Source: Camelus dromedarius (lineage: Eukaryota). Taken from it: a stretch of 64,000 nt of DNA. The notes below the pieces were generated by a model, which saw only the letters and a list, made by a program, of their open reading frames with translations, was not told the DNA's origin and did not search any database. The DNA lies in contig NC_087437.1 in assembly GCF_036321535.1 (NCBI RefSeq), positions 89,406,001 to 89,470,000 of the forward strand, read 5' to 3'. This document shows positions 13,670 through 25,009 of the stretch, one piece after another. The translations under genes and the position numbers were made by a program. Numbering within the stretch: the first letter of the stretch is position 1; each line of letters opens with the position of its first letter.

Positions 13670-15658
13670 GAGGACACCAACCTTTAACTCTCTGTTCCTC
13701 GCATATTATTTTGTCAAAATCTCACCCCTAGTTAAATACAACTTCTTGCTTATTCCACACTTGTACCCTTATAGCTGAACATGGCTAGACAGAGGCAGCC
13801 AATCATGGTGACTCATCTCACTTTAAGTTCATAATCACTAATACCAAGCGTGCTCTTTAGTGATGCCAAGAAATCAAAAAGAATTTCCGTAAATTCAGTT
13901 AACACCCATTGCTCCCAGAAAGCTATTTTTTTTTTCCTTTTTCTCCTCAAACCTTATCTCTATCTCCCCAGTCCTCCCTCCTAGCTGATAGCCTTGCCTT
14001 CTATTTGAATAAGAAAAAAGGAGCAATCAGAAAGGTATTTCCACAGGTAACCAAACTACCTTCCCCATGTTCCTTCCCTTTGTTTACTATGGATGACTTA
14101 CGTTCTAAAATCAATCTTCCTCGAATGCATTGCATTTTATTCTTTCTCATCTACACAAGGATACAGCTTCAGTGTTTCTCTTTCTGCTACATCATGATTT
14201 ATTAATCTCTACGGAATTTCCAATACCATATCAATAGTAATTTCTCCCAACTTCAAAAAACAAATCAAAATACAAATTTCTTGGCTCCATATCCTCTGCT
14301 GACAATACCTGATGTCCCTGGACTACTTTTACAGCAAGCATTTCAGTGTTTCCTTCCCTGACTACTTCTCTATTGCCTGCCTTCAAGTTTCTCTTGAACT
14401 CACTGCATTCAGCCTGTTATCACTAACACTTTACCCAAGATTACTCTTATCAAAGTCCGCTACCAATAGTGAATTCTCATTTCTCATCTGACTTGGCATA
14501 TCTTGACATACCCTTGACTTTGCTTTCAGATAATTCTCCTAGTTTCATCCTACCTTACTGGCTACGTCTTCCCAGCACCCTTCTTGATACCCTTCTCCAT
14601 TCTCTTGTCCTGCCAATTTAAAGGGCCCTTAGGGATTAGTCCTTGATCTTTGCTCTGTCTTCACTCATTTCCTTGGTACTCTCATTCAGTCCCATTGACT
14701 TAAGACTTATTTCCATGCTGATGACTCTCAATTACCAATTCAATATCTGCACTTAGAAGTCCCATTGTCTTCTCACACTTGCTCTTCCACATTCTCCTCT
14801 TTCATGCTTGTGAAGTGATTAAGCTAACCTTGTGGTCACCTCCCACAGCCAATCTGTCAGAAAATACTGTTCTTTTTATTTTCAGGCATACTCAGAAACT
14901 GTTCACTATTTCACACTATCCCCACCATGAACACGCTCATTCACACTGTTGCTGTTATTTATCTGGATTACTGCAACTGCTTCCAATTCATCTTTCTGCT
15001 CCTCTTTTCTCCCCTATTGCCTATTCTCAACACACTTCAGAGGGTTCTTTAAAAGTAAGTGAGATGATATTATTTCTCTGCCCCAAACCCTCCAATCACT
15101 TCCCATTTCACTTCCAAGTAAAACTGAAGGCTCTTACAATGACCTAGAGGGTCCTACACATGATCTGTTTTTCTTTTTATTACTTTTCTGACCTCGTCAC
15201 CTTCTGTCCTCCCACTCATTCAGTTCATGCCCTGCTACTTATTGAATACACTAGACAGATTCCCTCCTGACTGCTTTTGTGCTTTCTTTTTCTTCTACCT
15301 GGAATATTCTTCTGCTACATAGACACACAGATGCTTGCTTTCTTATCCATTCCAGCACTTTGTTCAAATTCTACCTTCTGATTGACAACTTCCTTGGGAA
15401 TTTTATTTAACACTGTAAACCTATCCCTCATCTTGGCAATTTCCAGTCCCTTTCTCTGCTTTATCTTTCTCCAAAGCACATATCACCATGAGGAATACTA
15501 GATTTATTTGTATATTTCCTTATTTACTATAATATGCCAAAAAAATGCTTTTCATAATATTAAGAATTTTTTAATGTATCATTCTATACTCAGCTTCTAG
15601 ACTATGCCTGGAAATAATACATTTTTCAATAAATATTTTTTGAATGAATGAATGAATG
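13670..15658 (+). mobile_element. Long (~2 kb) L2 LINE fragment with intact 3' terminus
   Basis: C/T-rich strand; ctagctgatagccttgccttctattt, ctggattactgcaactgcttcc, ccctattgcctattctcaacac; ends aataaatattttttgaatgaatgaatgaatg (L2 tail). Confidence 0.9.
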
Positions 15659-16226
15659 GTCCAGTTCTATCAGACTCAAGACAAATTTTCTGAAATGCAT
15701 TAAAAGACAAAAAAGTAGGTGGTTTAGAAAAACCTAAAGAACAATATAAACCCATTTGTTAAACTATGTAATAAAATAATCCCAGTTATTATAATAAGTT
15801 CTATTTACCTATTAAAACCAATCATTTAAAGTCCAAAGCATTAATTTTCTCAATGAAAAATAGACTAATTTTATCATTAAGACTAGATATTTTGCTGAGA
15901 ATGTTTTACTTATTTTAGGTCATTATTTAACAATAGTTGCAACACGAATTTTTACAATGATTTATAAAACCAAATATAAATATTTCAGTGTAATCCATTT
16001 TAATCTAATGCATGTGTCTGTCATTGGTGGGAACACAACAATGTATAGAAACACTGAAGGAAGTCTCCTACCTATGTAGTAAATACCCCTACCAGCATCT
16101 GACTGAAATACTATAACTTAAAAATAAATCAGACATTTTCTTATTTTTAGTTACTCATCTAGATATGAGGTCCTGTAGAAACAGTTGTAGCTTAATCAGA
16201 AACTTTTGTATAACTGCACATACAGC

Positions 16227-16885
16227 TGTTAGAGCAGACAGACAGCGAGATATGAGCAGAGAAAGAGGGACACAGATCAAATGGCAGAAATTGGGCAGAG
16301 AGGAGGGGCACAAGCCAAATGCAGGAAACCATACATCATGTAAGTACCAGGGGTCCCTGGGCAGAGAAAGAAAGGCAGGAACTTTTGGGCTGATAAGGGA
16401 TCATACTTTTTGGGTTGATTAAGTGGCCTGAAGAAGAACAAAGAAAGGTGAGGAAAGGCAGGAATTTCCAGTGTCCGAATGTAACCTTTTGGTTATTATG
16501 CCCTCATTTCAATAAAATTAGCCTTGCAGATCAGAAGTACCCATCACGCACTGACACCATGACACTTCCAATCCAGACTAAATAAGGACAAAAATCCCTC
16601 CTCCCTTTGGGAAGGTGGAGTTGGGATGATAATCAGGGAATATGACCCCAAACCCTTCCCTCCCCAGTGAATATTCCGCCCATTCATTTTTACACCCTCT
16701 GTAGCTAACTTGGCAAAGAAACTCAGGGCAGCCGCTCTCCTGAGCCTGCCCGCTCTCCCCTGAGAGTGTACTATCCATCCTTTAATAAATCCTCACTTTA
16801 CTTTTTTTAACCACTACGTCTTGTCTCTGAATTCTTTCTGTGACGGGACGAGAACCCGGAACACCGGTTACATCTATGGGCAACA
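16227..16885 (+). mobile_element. Relatively young solo LTR (ERV1 class)
   Basis: tgttagagc...gggcaaca termini; aataaa at ~16784; retained CpGs; 4-bp TSD cagc (16223-16226) / cggc (16886-16889) differing by a CpG-type transition. Confidence 0.85.
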
Positions 16886-18424
16886 CGGCCTGCTACCAGA
16901 AAGTCACAAAGCAAATCATTATGCGATAGACATGGAAAAATTCAGTATTAAAGTAACCTATTTAACTGGGTTTAACCCATGATTTTATAGACTTACTTGG
17001 GCATCTGTCCCTTTTTTCATAAAACACAAATTAATATACTAAGGAATTAAAAGTCCATAAAGCACACATGGATCTGCTGTTGATTTATTTGGTACATTGA
17101 ACTCTTCATAATCTTTTTTTTTTCCTCAACTGGGTGTGGCTTTTTAAAAACAGATGGTTGAGAACATTGTTTTAGTTGAATGTATAATCAGTATGATCTT
17201 CAGAGAATGATGATTTTTGTAATATTTAGCATTTTATCATAGAGACTGTGATTTTTCAATGTCATATTATTTAATAGCAATATGTAAGTTTCTAAATAAC
17301 TTCTAAAAACAAAAGAAGTTTAATAATTATTTCCTAATGGATATACACCTAATTAAATTCATGCTCACATGTACAGGCACAAAAAGAATATGTCAACTTA
17401 CTCTTAGCTCAAATATTTAGCAAATTAAGTCAACATAAGAACTACTAATAAATAGATTTCCAGGCATCTTTTTTGTAGACAAATTTTGTATGTATATAAT
17501 CAGCTGATTACTTTTAGAGAGGGTAGAGTTGATAACAGACTTTTAAAATTCTAAGTGAAATTCTGATATTTGAAAAAAGAGCTCTCCAAGTTATTATGTA
17601 CAAAAGCAGAAGTGAAGAAAAGTCAAATTATGGCTACCATACTATGTTAGCATACGAAATTACAAGTGCTCCTGGTCACGTATATTCAAGTGAATATTGC
17701 AAATACTGTTTCCTCAGAGGGGTACCGTACGTAGGCAGGCCTAGGACCTATTCGAGCTTCACTGCTCTGCTGAACGTGCCCAGTGGTGGAGCAGTTCCAT
17801 TTCTGAAGATAATTTAGTAATACAAGTTTGAGGATTATAAAGTAATGGAGTTGATTTGCTTATACAAGTCTAAGTCATTCCTAAGGCAATTACAAAAAAG
17901 ATATCAAAATATGGTTTGAATAACAATGTTTTAACTGTGTTTACTTTCTTACAGAGAATAAGGATATTTAAATTATGTTCCTCCACCAAAAATCTCATGA
18001 GTTTAGAATCCTCCTTCTTATATACACATGTACAACATCTACCTATACTCACAGGCACTTCTCTTTTTAAAGCTGAAGCTGACCTTGTAAATCCCCAGTG
18101 ATTTTAAATGATTACCTGCTAACCTTTTAGATATCACAGAAATAGTACACTGTGGCAACAGCAACATTCCTCAAACAGGACCATCTGTAAACTAAGTCAC
18201 AGAGAATTCACAGGTTCTCTATCATATTTAAAAATACTGTTTTCATTTTGACAGCATGTAAAACACTCAGTATATCTGGAATATTTGAATGACCTGCCCT
18301 ACATCCAAGAACAAACAAAGGAATTCATTGCTTGAGTTTGTTCTAAAATCACACTGACACCACTCTGAACTATTTTAATTTGCAGATTAACAAATAAAGG
18401 AATGACTCAATGCGGAAAAGATCC

Positions 18425-18739
18425 ATTTATCTGAAGGAAATTAAACACTAACTCAAAAAGATATATATGAACCCCCATATTCACTGCAGCATTATTTACA
18501 ATAGCCAAGATGTGGAAACAAAATATGGAAACCTATGTGTGCGTTGATGGATGAATGGATAAAGAAAATGTAGTACATATATACAATGGAATACTATAGT
18601 CAGGCATAAAAAAGAATAAAATTTTGCCATTTGTGACAACATGGGATAGATCTTGAGGGCATTCTGCTAAGTGAAGTAAGTCAGACAGAAATCTTGTATG
18701 ATCTCATTTATATATGAGATCTAAAAAAAAAAAAAAAAA
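18425..18739 (+). mobile_element. Short LINE-1 fragment (ORF2 end / proximal 3' UTR) ending in poly(A)
   Basis: cactgcagcattatttacaatagccaaga, gatggatgaatggataaagaaaatgt, ttttgccatttgtgacaacatgg, then gagatct followed by an A17 run. Confidence 0.92.
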
Positions 18740-19190
18740 GGATCGATCCTTGCCTTGAAATAACAAATATCACTGTGTAGTACACTAGCAAACGTTCTGC
18801 AGTAGTTTAAATTGGTATGTGACAGGTTGAACTTAAAAGAACATACTCAGAGAAGCTAGGTTTTTATTCATATTTGAAGCATTGATTAAACAAATTATAT
18901 TATTCATCTTAGGAAATTTCTGTTGATTATTAGCATTAAAGTGGTTTTATAAGAGTGTACATCTGCATGGGTCTTATAATGTGTAAGAGCTATAAACTTG
19001 AGAAACTTATCACTAGACTCATGCTTGCACATACTTAAGTTATTAAAATAAATATAAAATTAAACAAAAATAAAAAGGACTTATCCACAGTGGGAGACTC
19101 CTGAGAATGCTGAGAATGTATTTTCTTTTAAAATCAATCTCTACATCACTCAAGAACCATGTCATGCACCATTCAACCTAATTTTAGAGG

Positions 19191-19653
19191 TACACTGTCC
19201 AATAAGGTAATCACTCACACCATGTGTCTGATAAGCACTGAGACGTGACTCCTCTGCATTTTTTTCGCTTGTTTTTTGTTTGTTTTGGGGTGGGTATTCA
19301 GGTTTACTTATTTTTATTTATTTACTTTTTGATGGAGGTACTGGAGATTGAACCCAGGACCTCGTGCATGCTAAGCATGCACTCTACCACTGATAAATAA
19401 TCTACCCCTGTGACCTGTCTGCAATGAGATGTGTTGTAAGTATAGATAATATTCCAACTTTAATGATTTGTTAATGCAAAACATTTCATTAATAATTTTG
19501 TACTAATTCCATGTCAAAATGATAATCTCTTGGAAACATTAGGTGAATAAAATGTATCAGTAAAATTGATTTTACCATTTCTTTTTATTTTTTTAATATG
19601 GCTTCTAGATTACACATGTGGCCTGCATTCCATTTCCTGCTGTTGGGCAGCAC
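19191..19653 (+). mobile_element. MER33-like hAT-Charlie non-autonomous DNA transposon, interrupted by a SINE
   Basis: Terminal inverted repeats cactgtccaa...ttgggcagcac; internal tgagatgtgttgtaagt, aatgataatctcttgga, ttacacatgtggc match MER33. Confidence 0.85.
19259..19408 (-). mobile_element. tRNA-Ala(AGC)-derived SINE, camelid vic-1-like
   Basis: Minus strand reads ggggtag...tcagtggtagagtgcatgcttAGCatgcacgaggtcctgggttcaatctccagtacctcca (A box, anticodon loop, B box) plus an A-rich tail; degenerate 14-bp TSD gtgactcctctgca / gtgacctgtctgca. Confidence 0.92.
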
Positions 19654-19699
19654 CACTTCACGAGGTTATCTGCTGTCTCTGTGTCACATGCACACTTAC

Positions 19700-20105
19700 T
19701 CTGGACACGTCTAGGTCTTCTTGACCACACTACTGCTTTTTATACCTCTGTATTTTTAGCACATGATATTATTCCTTTTTGGCTTGCCCCTCACATATCT
19801 TTCTATTCTTAAAGAATTCCTAATAATTGTTCACTACTCAGTTCAAAGGCTAATACCTCTGAAACTATGTCTGCTTTTTCCAAGTTAGATTTTTTTTCCT
19901 CTTGTGAGCAGCTCTAGCCTTGTGCATGTCTGTATTTTCGCACCTATCACACATTACAACTGTTTTTCTTCATGCTGGTTTCCCTGTGAGATCTTGAGGG
20001 CCAGAGCATTGTTTTAACTAGCTGTTTGTTCACAACCTTCCGGCCAGCATCTAGTGAAAGTTCAGTAGCTATTTGTTAAATGAATTACTGAATGAATAAA
20101 TGATG
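19700..20105 (+). mobile_element. L2 3' fragment
   Basis: ctgtgagatcttgagggccagagcattg...tatttgttaaatgaattactgaatgaataaatga. Confidence 0.75.
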
Positions 20106-20581
20106 ACTGAGGGACTATAGTTGTGGCTGAAAGTGTCCACTTTACATTTCTATACAACTTAATCAGGTGTCGATTGGCTTATCTTTGCCTACTGATATAT
20201 GAAAGGTAGACTAAATCCAAAAAAGTTTAAAATTCTCTTCATTAGAGCTGTGAATCTGTCATCTGAGTTTCTGAGATTTTGCTTTGTATAATTTAATTTT
20301 TTTTTCTATGGGTACTATTTCTAGTCCTCACTTTATCCACACATATATGGAATTAGGACATTTCCTAAATTTCCAAACACACACAAAATCACACAAAGAA
20401 CTGTGTTTATAATAGATATTATAATAGATACTTGATTGCCATCAACTTGCATTGATAAAAGGAATTTAGATTACAAAAAAAAATTTCAAGAAATATCAGT
20501 CACAACCACTTAAAAAGCTTTCCCCAGGTGCTGTGACAAGTTTTTTTTTGTTTGTTTTTTTGGGTTTTTTTTTGGTCTTTT

Positions 20582-21142
20582 TGTTACCACGAGGAGGGAG
20601 AAAAGGCCTAGGTATTTTGTCTTACCAGAAACAAAAGAATTCAAATGGGAGACTGAAAGCATTATGTAAACAGAGGGTTTTCTAGTAGAGGAAAAGTTAG
20701 TAGAGTACACTTTCGAGAACTGAAGGCAGGCCAACCCGAGAGAGGAAAATGGGGTGCTCCTTTGTTTGTCCTGTCTTATATCCTGACTTTCGGGGCATTC
20801 TCCTGATTGATTGACGGCTCAGGTCCCTTGAGTGCTCAGGCACGCCCATCTCCTTTGCACATGCTGTTAGACATGATGCACACAGAAAAACCTGTGGAAG
20901 GGGCCCCAAACCTCAATGCTAATTACATTATAAAGAGCACTGGGTTACGTTAAGTCGTATCCTTCTCTCTACTGTGCAGCTGCAGAATCCATTTCTAACC
21001 TTCTTTACTGGCCCTCGTTTAGAGAAAGTAAAACTCTTTGAAGCCCCTTATCCTGAGTGCAGGTGCACTGTTACCTTCTGGATTGTTTCCACCCCTTTCC
21101 TTTTCCCTTGCCCAGTGCTCATTTCTATCTAACTGCCTAACA
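20582..21142 (-). mobile_element. Solo LTR (ERV1 class)
   Basis: Minus strand tgttaggcagttagatagaaatgagca...gtggtaaca; caatcaatc and gatataaga (CCAAT/TATA-like); start resembles the 16227 LTR; flanks tttt / ttgt. Confidence 0.8.
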
Positions 21143-22069
21143 TTGTCAATACACAGACTCCCAATCACACATCATTTTTCTGGCTTCTCCTATCTCCTCC
21201 CTCTAATATGATTTTCTCTCTTCACTCTCGAATGTCCAAGAAGTCTTCTCCTTATACATTGCTAGACATTTACTTATTTCTCTAGAACTTACTTTCAGAT
21301 TCAACTCCAGATATATTCTATAGCTAGCAAGAAAATCAGAAGAATGAAAAGATCTCTTACTCATAATCGTCACTTATCATATGCATTTGTGTTGGAAAAT
21401 ATCAAGTTTTTACCCTCAAAACCAAATAAAATATACAATGGTAAATATCACTTTTTTGTTACTGGATTCAGAACCATTGAAATCAATTATTTGTGAAAAT
21501 AAACATCTAGAAAGATATTGTAATTTTTATATTATTTTCCTGGATTCTAAAACTAAATTGCTATATTCAGTTTAATATGTTTTGTGGGATAAATGTGAAT
21601 TATCCTCAATTTGGATTTTTATATTAGTCTCCAATATATTTAAAGTTTTTTTTAAAACTAACTTTCAAATATATTACCACATAGTAAACAAGTTCTGGTA
21701 AGTTAATCTGCAACAGGATAAAATAAGAACTGTTTTCATAAAGTAATTAGCATCAAAAATTCCAGAATCACAATACATAAGGAAGCCTGCTGACTCACCA
21801 TAAAATAATCACGAGCTTAAAAAAGGAAATATTTTGATTAAGTCCATTTAATGTCAAGTTTATATTTAGAAGAGATAAATACAACAAACTTATCCAGAGC
21901 AATTTTAATATTTGTTATTCTATTACAAAGTAATTGTCTGAAAAAAGTACTTTAAAAGCAATTTCAATTGAAATTTAAAAGAGCAATTTGCCGTCCCACT
22001 CCAGACATTCTGTTCAGCATCATCTCAATTTTATTTTAAGGTGTGTGTCTCACTAATGCCATCCAGTAG

Positions 22070-22430
22070 TGATGTGAGTCTAAACTAAGTCAAGAGCAGT
22101 AATCAAGGTGTTGAGGAGGGGAAAAAAAATGTTTCAATATATATTTAGAAGGTAGAGTCAATAAGGCATGAAATGAATTGGATGTGGTGGATAAAGGAGT
22201 AATATAGGATGAATCTCACCTTTTGAGATTCATGCAAATAAAAGACAGACTGATAGATACAAGAGGCAGGAAACTCGAGATTCTTCTTGGTGATTTCTAT
22301 TTTATATGGAAACTAGAAAGTAATTGAGAGATGAAAATAATAGAACTTGAAGAATGTGAAATCAGAATTGATCTGGTAGATTGCAGAGAGAATGAAGGGA
22401 TTAAGATCCAGGATGTTTCCAGGTGGCTAA
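22070..22430 (-). mobile_element. L2 internal fragment
   Basis: atatttagaaggtagagtcaataagg...gaattggatgtgg...ggatgaatctcac resembles reverse-strand L2. Confidence 0.6.
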
Positions 22431-22850
22431 AGGAAAAGTGTGTATCAAGTTTTTACACCTAAATTTACTTATTTGTCCTAACAGAAAACTCAAGTTTTCT
22501 GCGTCAGAACACAGACTGATTATTTACTACTCACATGGCAATTTTGGTGCTAATGGTCTATGCCCTAATTCCCCACGGAGGGATGCAGTGAGTCAGATAT
22601 ATGCTTCTTGTCAGATGTACCCTTCTCGTGGATACCACAGGAGAACACCTCTGAAATTATGAGACTGGGAACTTACAGAGGGCAGCTGGCATATTTACCC
22701 CTTCTCCTCTCTGGAGAAAGAGTGACCTCTGGTTTGGAATGTAAAGGTATCCTACCTGGGCAAAGGAGGTGAAAGTTGCTAGATTTATTCTTATTTGAAA
22801 TGTGCATGAATGCCTCCAGGAGAGTTGTCTGTAAATCTCTCTGAAGGTCT

Positions 22851-23339
22851 TAGAGGGGAAGCAAAATTTAATGGTCTCTGGCTGAGCCTGAGAATTAAGT
22901 TGACATAAAACAGATAAGCAGGAGTAAAGAATACACATTTTATTTCTACATGTACATGGAAGCCTTCACAGGAAAATGAAGGCCCAAACAGTGCTTCGGT
23001 GGTCTAAGTACTTCCATGTTAGATTGAACAAAGCGTGTTAATTGTGAAAAAGTAACAAATATTTGGGGAGGCTAGAGGAAGATAAGGGTCATTTTAACCA
23101 GATGGGTTTGTACAGATTCTTCTCAGTCTCAACTCCCTTTCTCTGGTGATAAGAATGTTCTTTTCCTCCAGGTGCTGGGAGGACATCTTCCACATGGGCA
23201 TATTTTATCTCTTGTTTTCAAGAAGAAAAATGGAGGTCTGATGCCTGTTTCAGCACCTGCTGTTTTTTTTAAGTGCCTTTAGCTCAAAAAAGTCAATATA
23301 CTTGGCATATTTTTGGGTGGCATGTTCTGAACCCCTTCA
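22851..23339 (-). mobile_element. MER34/MER39-like solo LTR (ERV1)
   Basis: Minus strand starts tgaaggggttcagaacatgccacccaaaaatatgcc; contains tttatgtcaacttaattctcaggctcagccagagacc. Confidence 0.85.
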
Positions 23340-23667
23340 TTTGCTTTAATTTTCAAAATCTATTTTCATTCAAAGATCTTTTAACCAAGGGTCTAGCAAT
23401 CTTTGCTCTAAAGCCCCATTGGTGTAGAAACATAAAAATATTCATGAAGCACTGTTTCCTGACAGTGAGGTGGTAATAAAGGTCCTAAGTCAGGAAGAAT
23501 GGTACAGTTTATGGACTGGATCAGGTTGCTCAAGTTGAGTGCAAAGATAGAGAATCAGTAATGTTGAGAAGTCAGATGACTTGGCCCCACAGACTGCCTA
23601 ATAGCTCACAAGTTCAGAAATTAGAAGCCCTTCAAGGGTCCTTAAAGGTGTTGGAATATCCTAGTAC

Positions 23668-24085
23668 AAAGTAAGTAGAAAAAGAAAGAAAAATACCATA
23701 TGATATCACTCATATGTGGAATCTAAAAAAAAAAGAGACAAATGAACTTATTTACAAAACAGAAACAGCCTCACAAGCAGAAAACAAACTATGGTTACCA
23801 GAGGGTAAGTGGGGTTGGAGGGATAAATTGGGAGTTTGGGATTTGTAGATACTAACTACTACATATAAAATAAGTAAACAGCAAGGCCCTACTGTATAGC
23901 ACAGGGAACTATATTCAATACCTTGTAATAGCCTATAATGAAAAAGAATATGAAAAGGAATATATATATACATATATATATATATGTGTGTGTGTGTATA
24001 GATAGATAGATAACTGAATCACTATGCTGTACACCAGAAATTAACACAACATTGTAAACTGATTATACTTTAATTAAAAAAAAGC
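23668..24085 (+). mobile_element. 5'-truncated lineage-specific LINE-1 3' UTR with internal (TA)n(TG)n(GATA)n
   Basis: ataccatatgatatcactcatatgtggaatct, ctactgtatagcacagggaactatattcaatacc, aactgaatcactatgctgtacaccagaaattaacacaacattgtaaa, A tail. Confidence 0.93.
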
Positions 24086-24137
24086 AAACAAGCAAAAGAC
24101 AAAGGAGACAGCATATACAGAAGGCATGAATCGCAAA

Positions 24138-24724
24138 TGAAGGAGAATTAATAAAATGGCCGCACTTAGGCTAAAAGATTGCTTATTCTTATGCTCGCCC
24201 TTAAAATGGTCAGCTAACCTGACTGACCGGTTGCTACTCACAACTCCAGGCCCATTGTTAAAACTAAAGTTACTCATTTTACTGTTTCTACTTTATTCCA
24301 GTAATCAAAAGTAATAATCATGCTTAGTCTCTGAGTCTCTCTCCAGGGAGAAGGTCACAGAACTGTAACCTTACAAAATAGCCTGAATTACCAAGAAGAC
24401 CATGCCTTGGGCACTTAAAGAGATCGAGAGCGACAACCACTAGCCTCTACAGAATCGGTCATCTGGAGACACCATGACGCCACTCTGAGTCTTATGAGAA
24501 GAAAATGATTCTGTTGATTGTTATTCTGCTTTACTGTTTGAGCTCTGGCTATATAATTACCCCACCCCATCCCCAAGATGGGCTCACAGTTTTGAAGGCA
24601 CCAGCCTGCTGGGAGTCCCCTTTGCCCGGCAAAGCAATAAAGCTGCCTCTTTTCTTCTAAGCTCCAAGCCCCTGTCTCTGAGTTATTTGGCTCGTCAGGG
24701 ACAGGGGCTGATCTTTTGGCAACA
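24138..24724 (+). mobile_element. Complete solo LTR (ERV1 class) with perfect 4-bp TSD
   Basis: tgaagg...ggcaaca; ctatataa TATA at ~24549; aataaa at ~24636; TSD caaa at 24134-24137 and 24725-24728. Confidence 0.93.
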
Positions 24725-25009
24725 CAAAGAAGACATTTTATAAGCAGGCAACAAATAACAGTTGAAAGCCCAAAGAACTTTGAATCCCTCCTCCATTTCT
24801 GAACCAATTTCACTGGAAAGTAAGTAGCCTTTCTTTAAAAGGACCAAAATAAGATATGCTATGGGGAGAGCTGGGCTTGAGTGAAAGCAAAGTGGGGCTG
24901 CATGTGTTCTGTGATGTGGCTAAATACTGTTTACCATGAAACCAGCATTTCAGAGACTTTGGGAGAAAGGAAAAAGAAGAAAGGATCTTTAGGACAAGAG
25001 GTCAAGGCA

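Noticed and set aside
14779..15147. 122-aa ORF
   Set aside because: Lies inside the decayed L2 and has no gene context
19325..19408. tRNA-Ala(AGC) gene
   Set aside because: The 5' acceptor/D-stem region is degenerate, and it has an A-rich tail and TSD, so it is a SINE rather than a functional tRNA
24415..24813. Longest ORF (132 aa)
   Set aside because: Antisense to an LTR, non-ATG start, no recognisable domain
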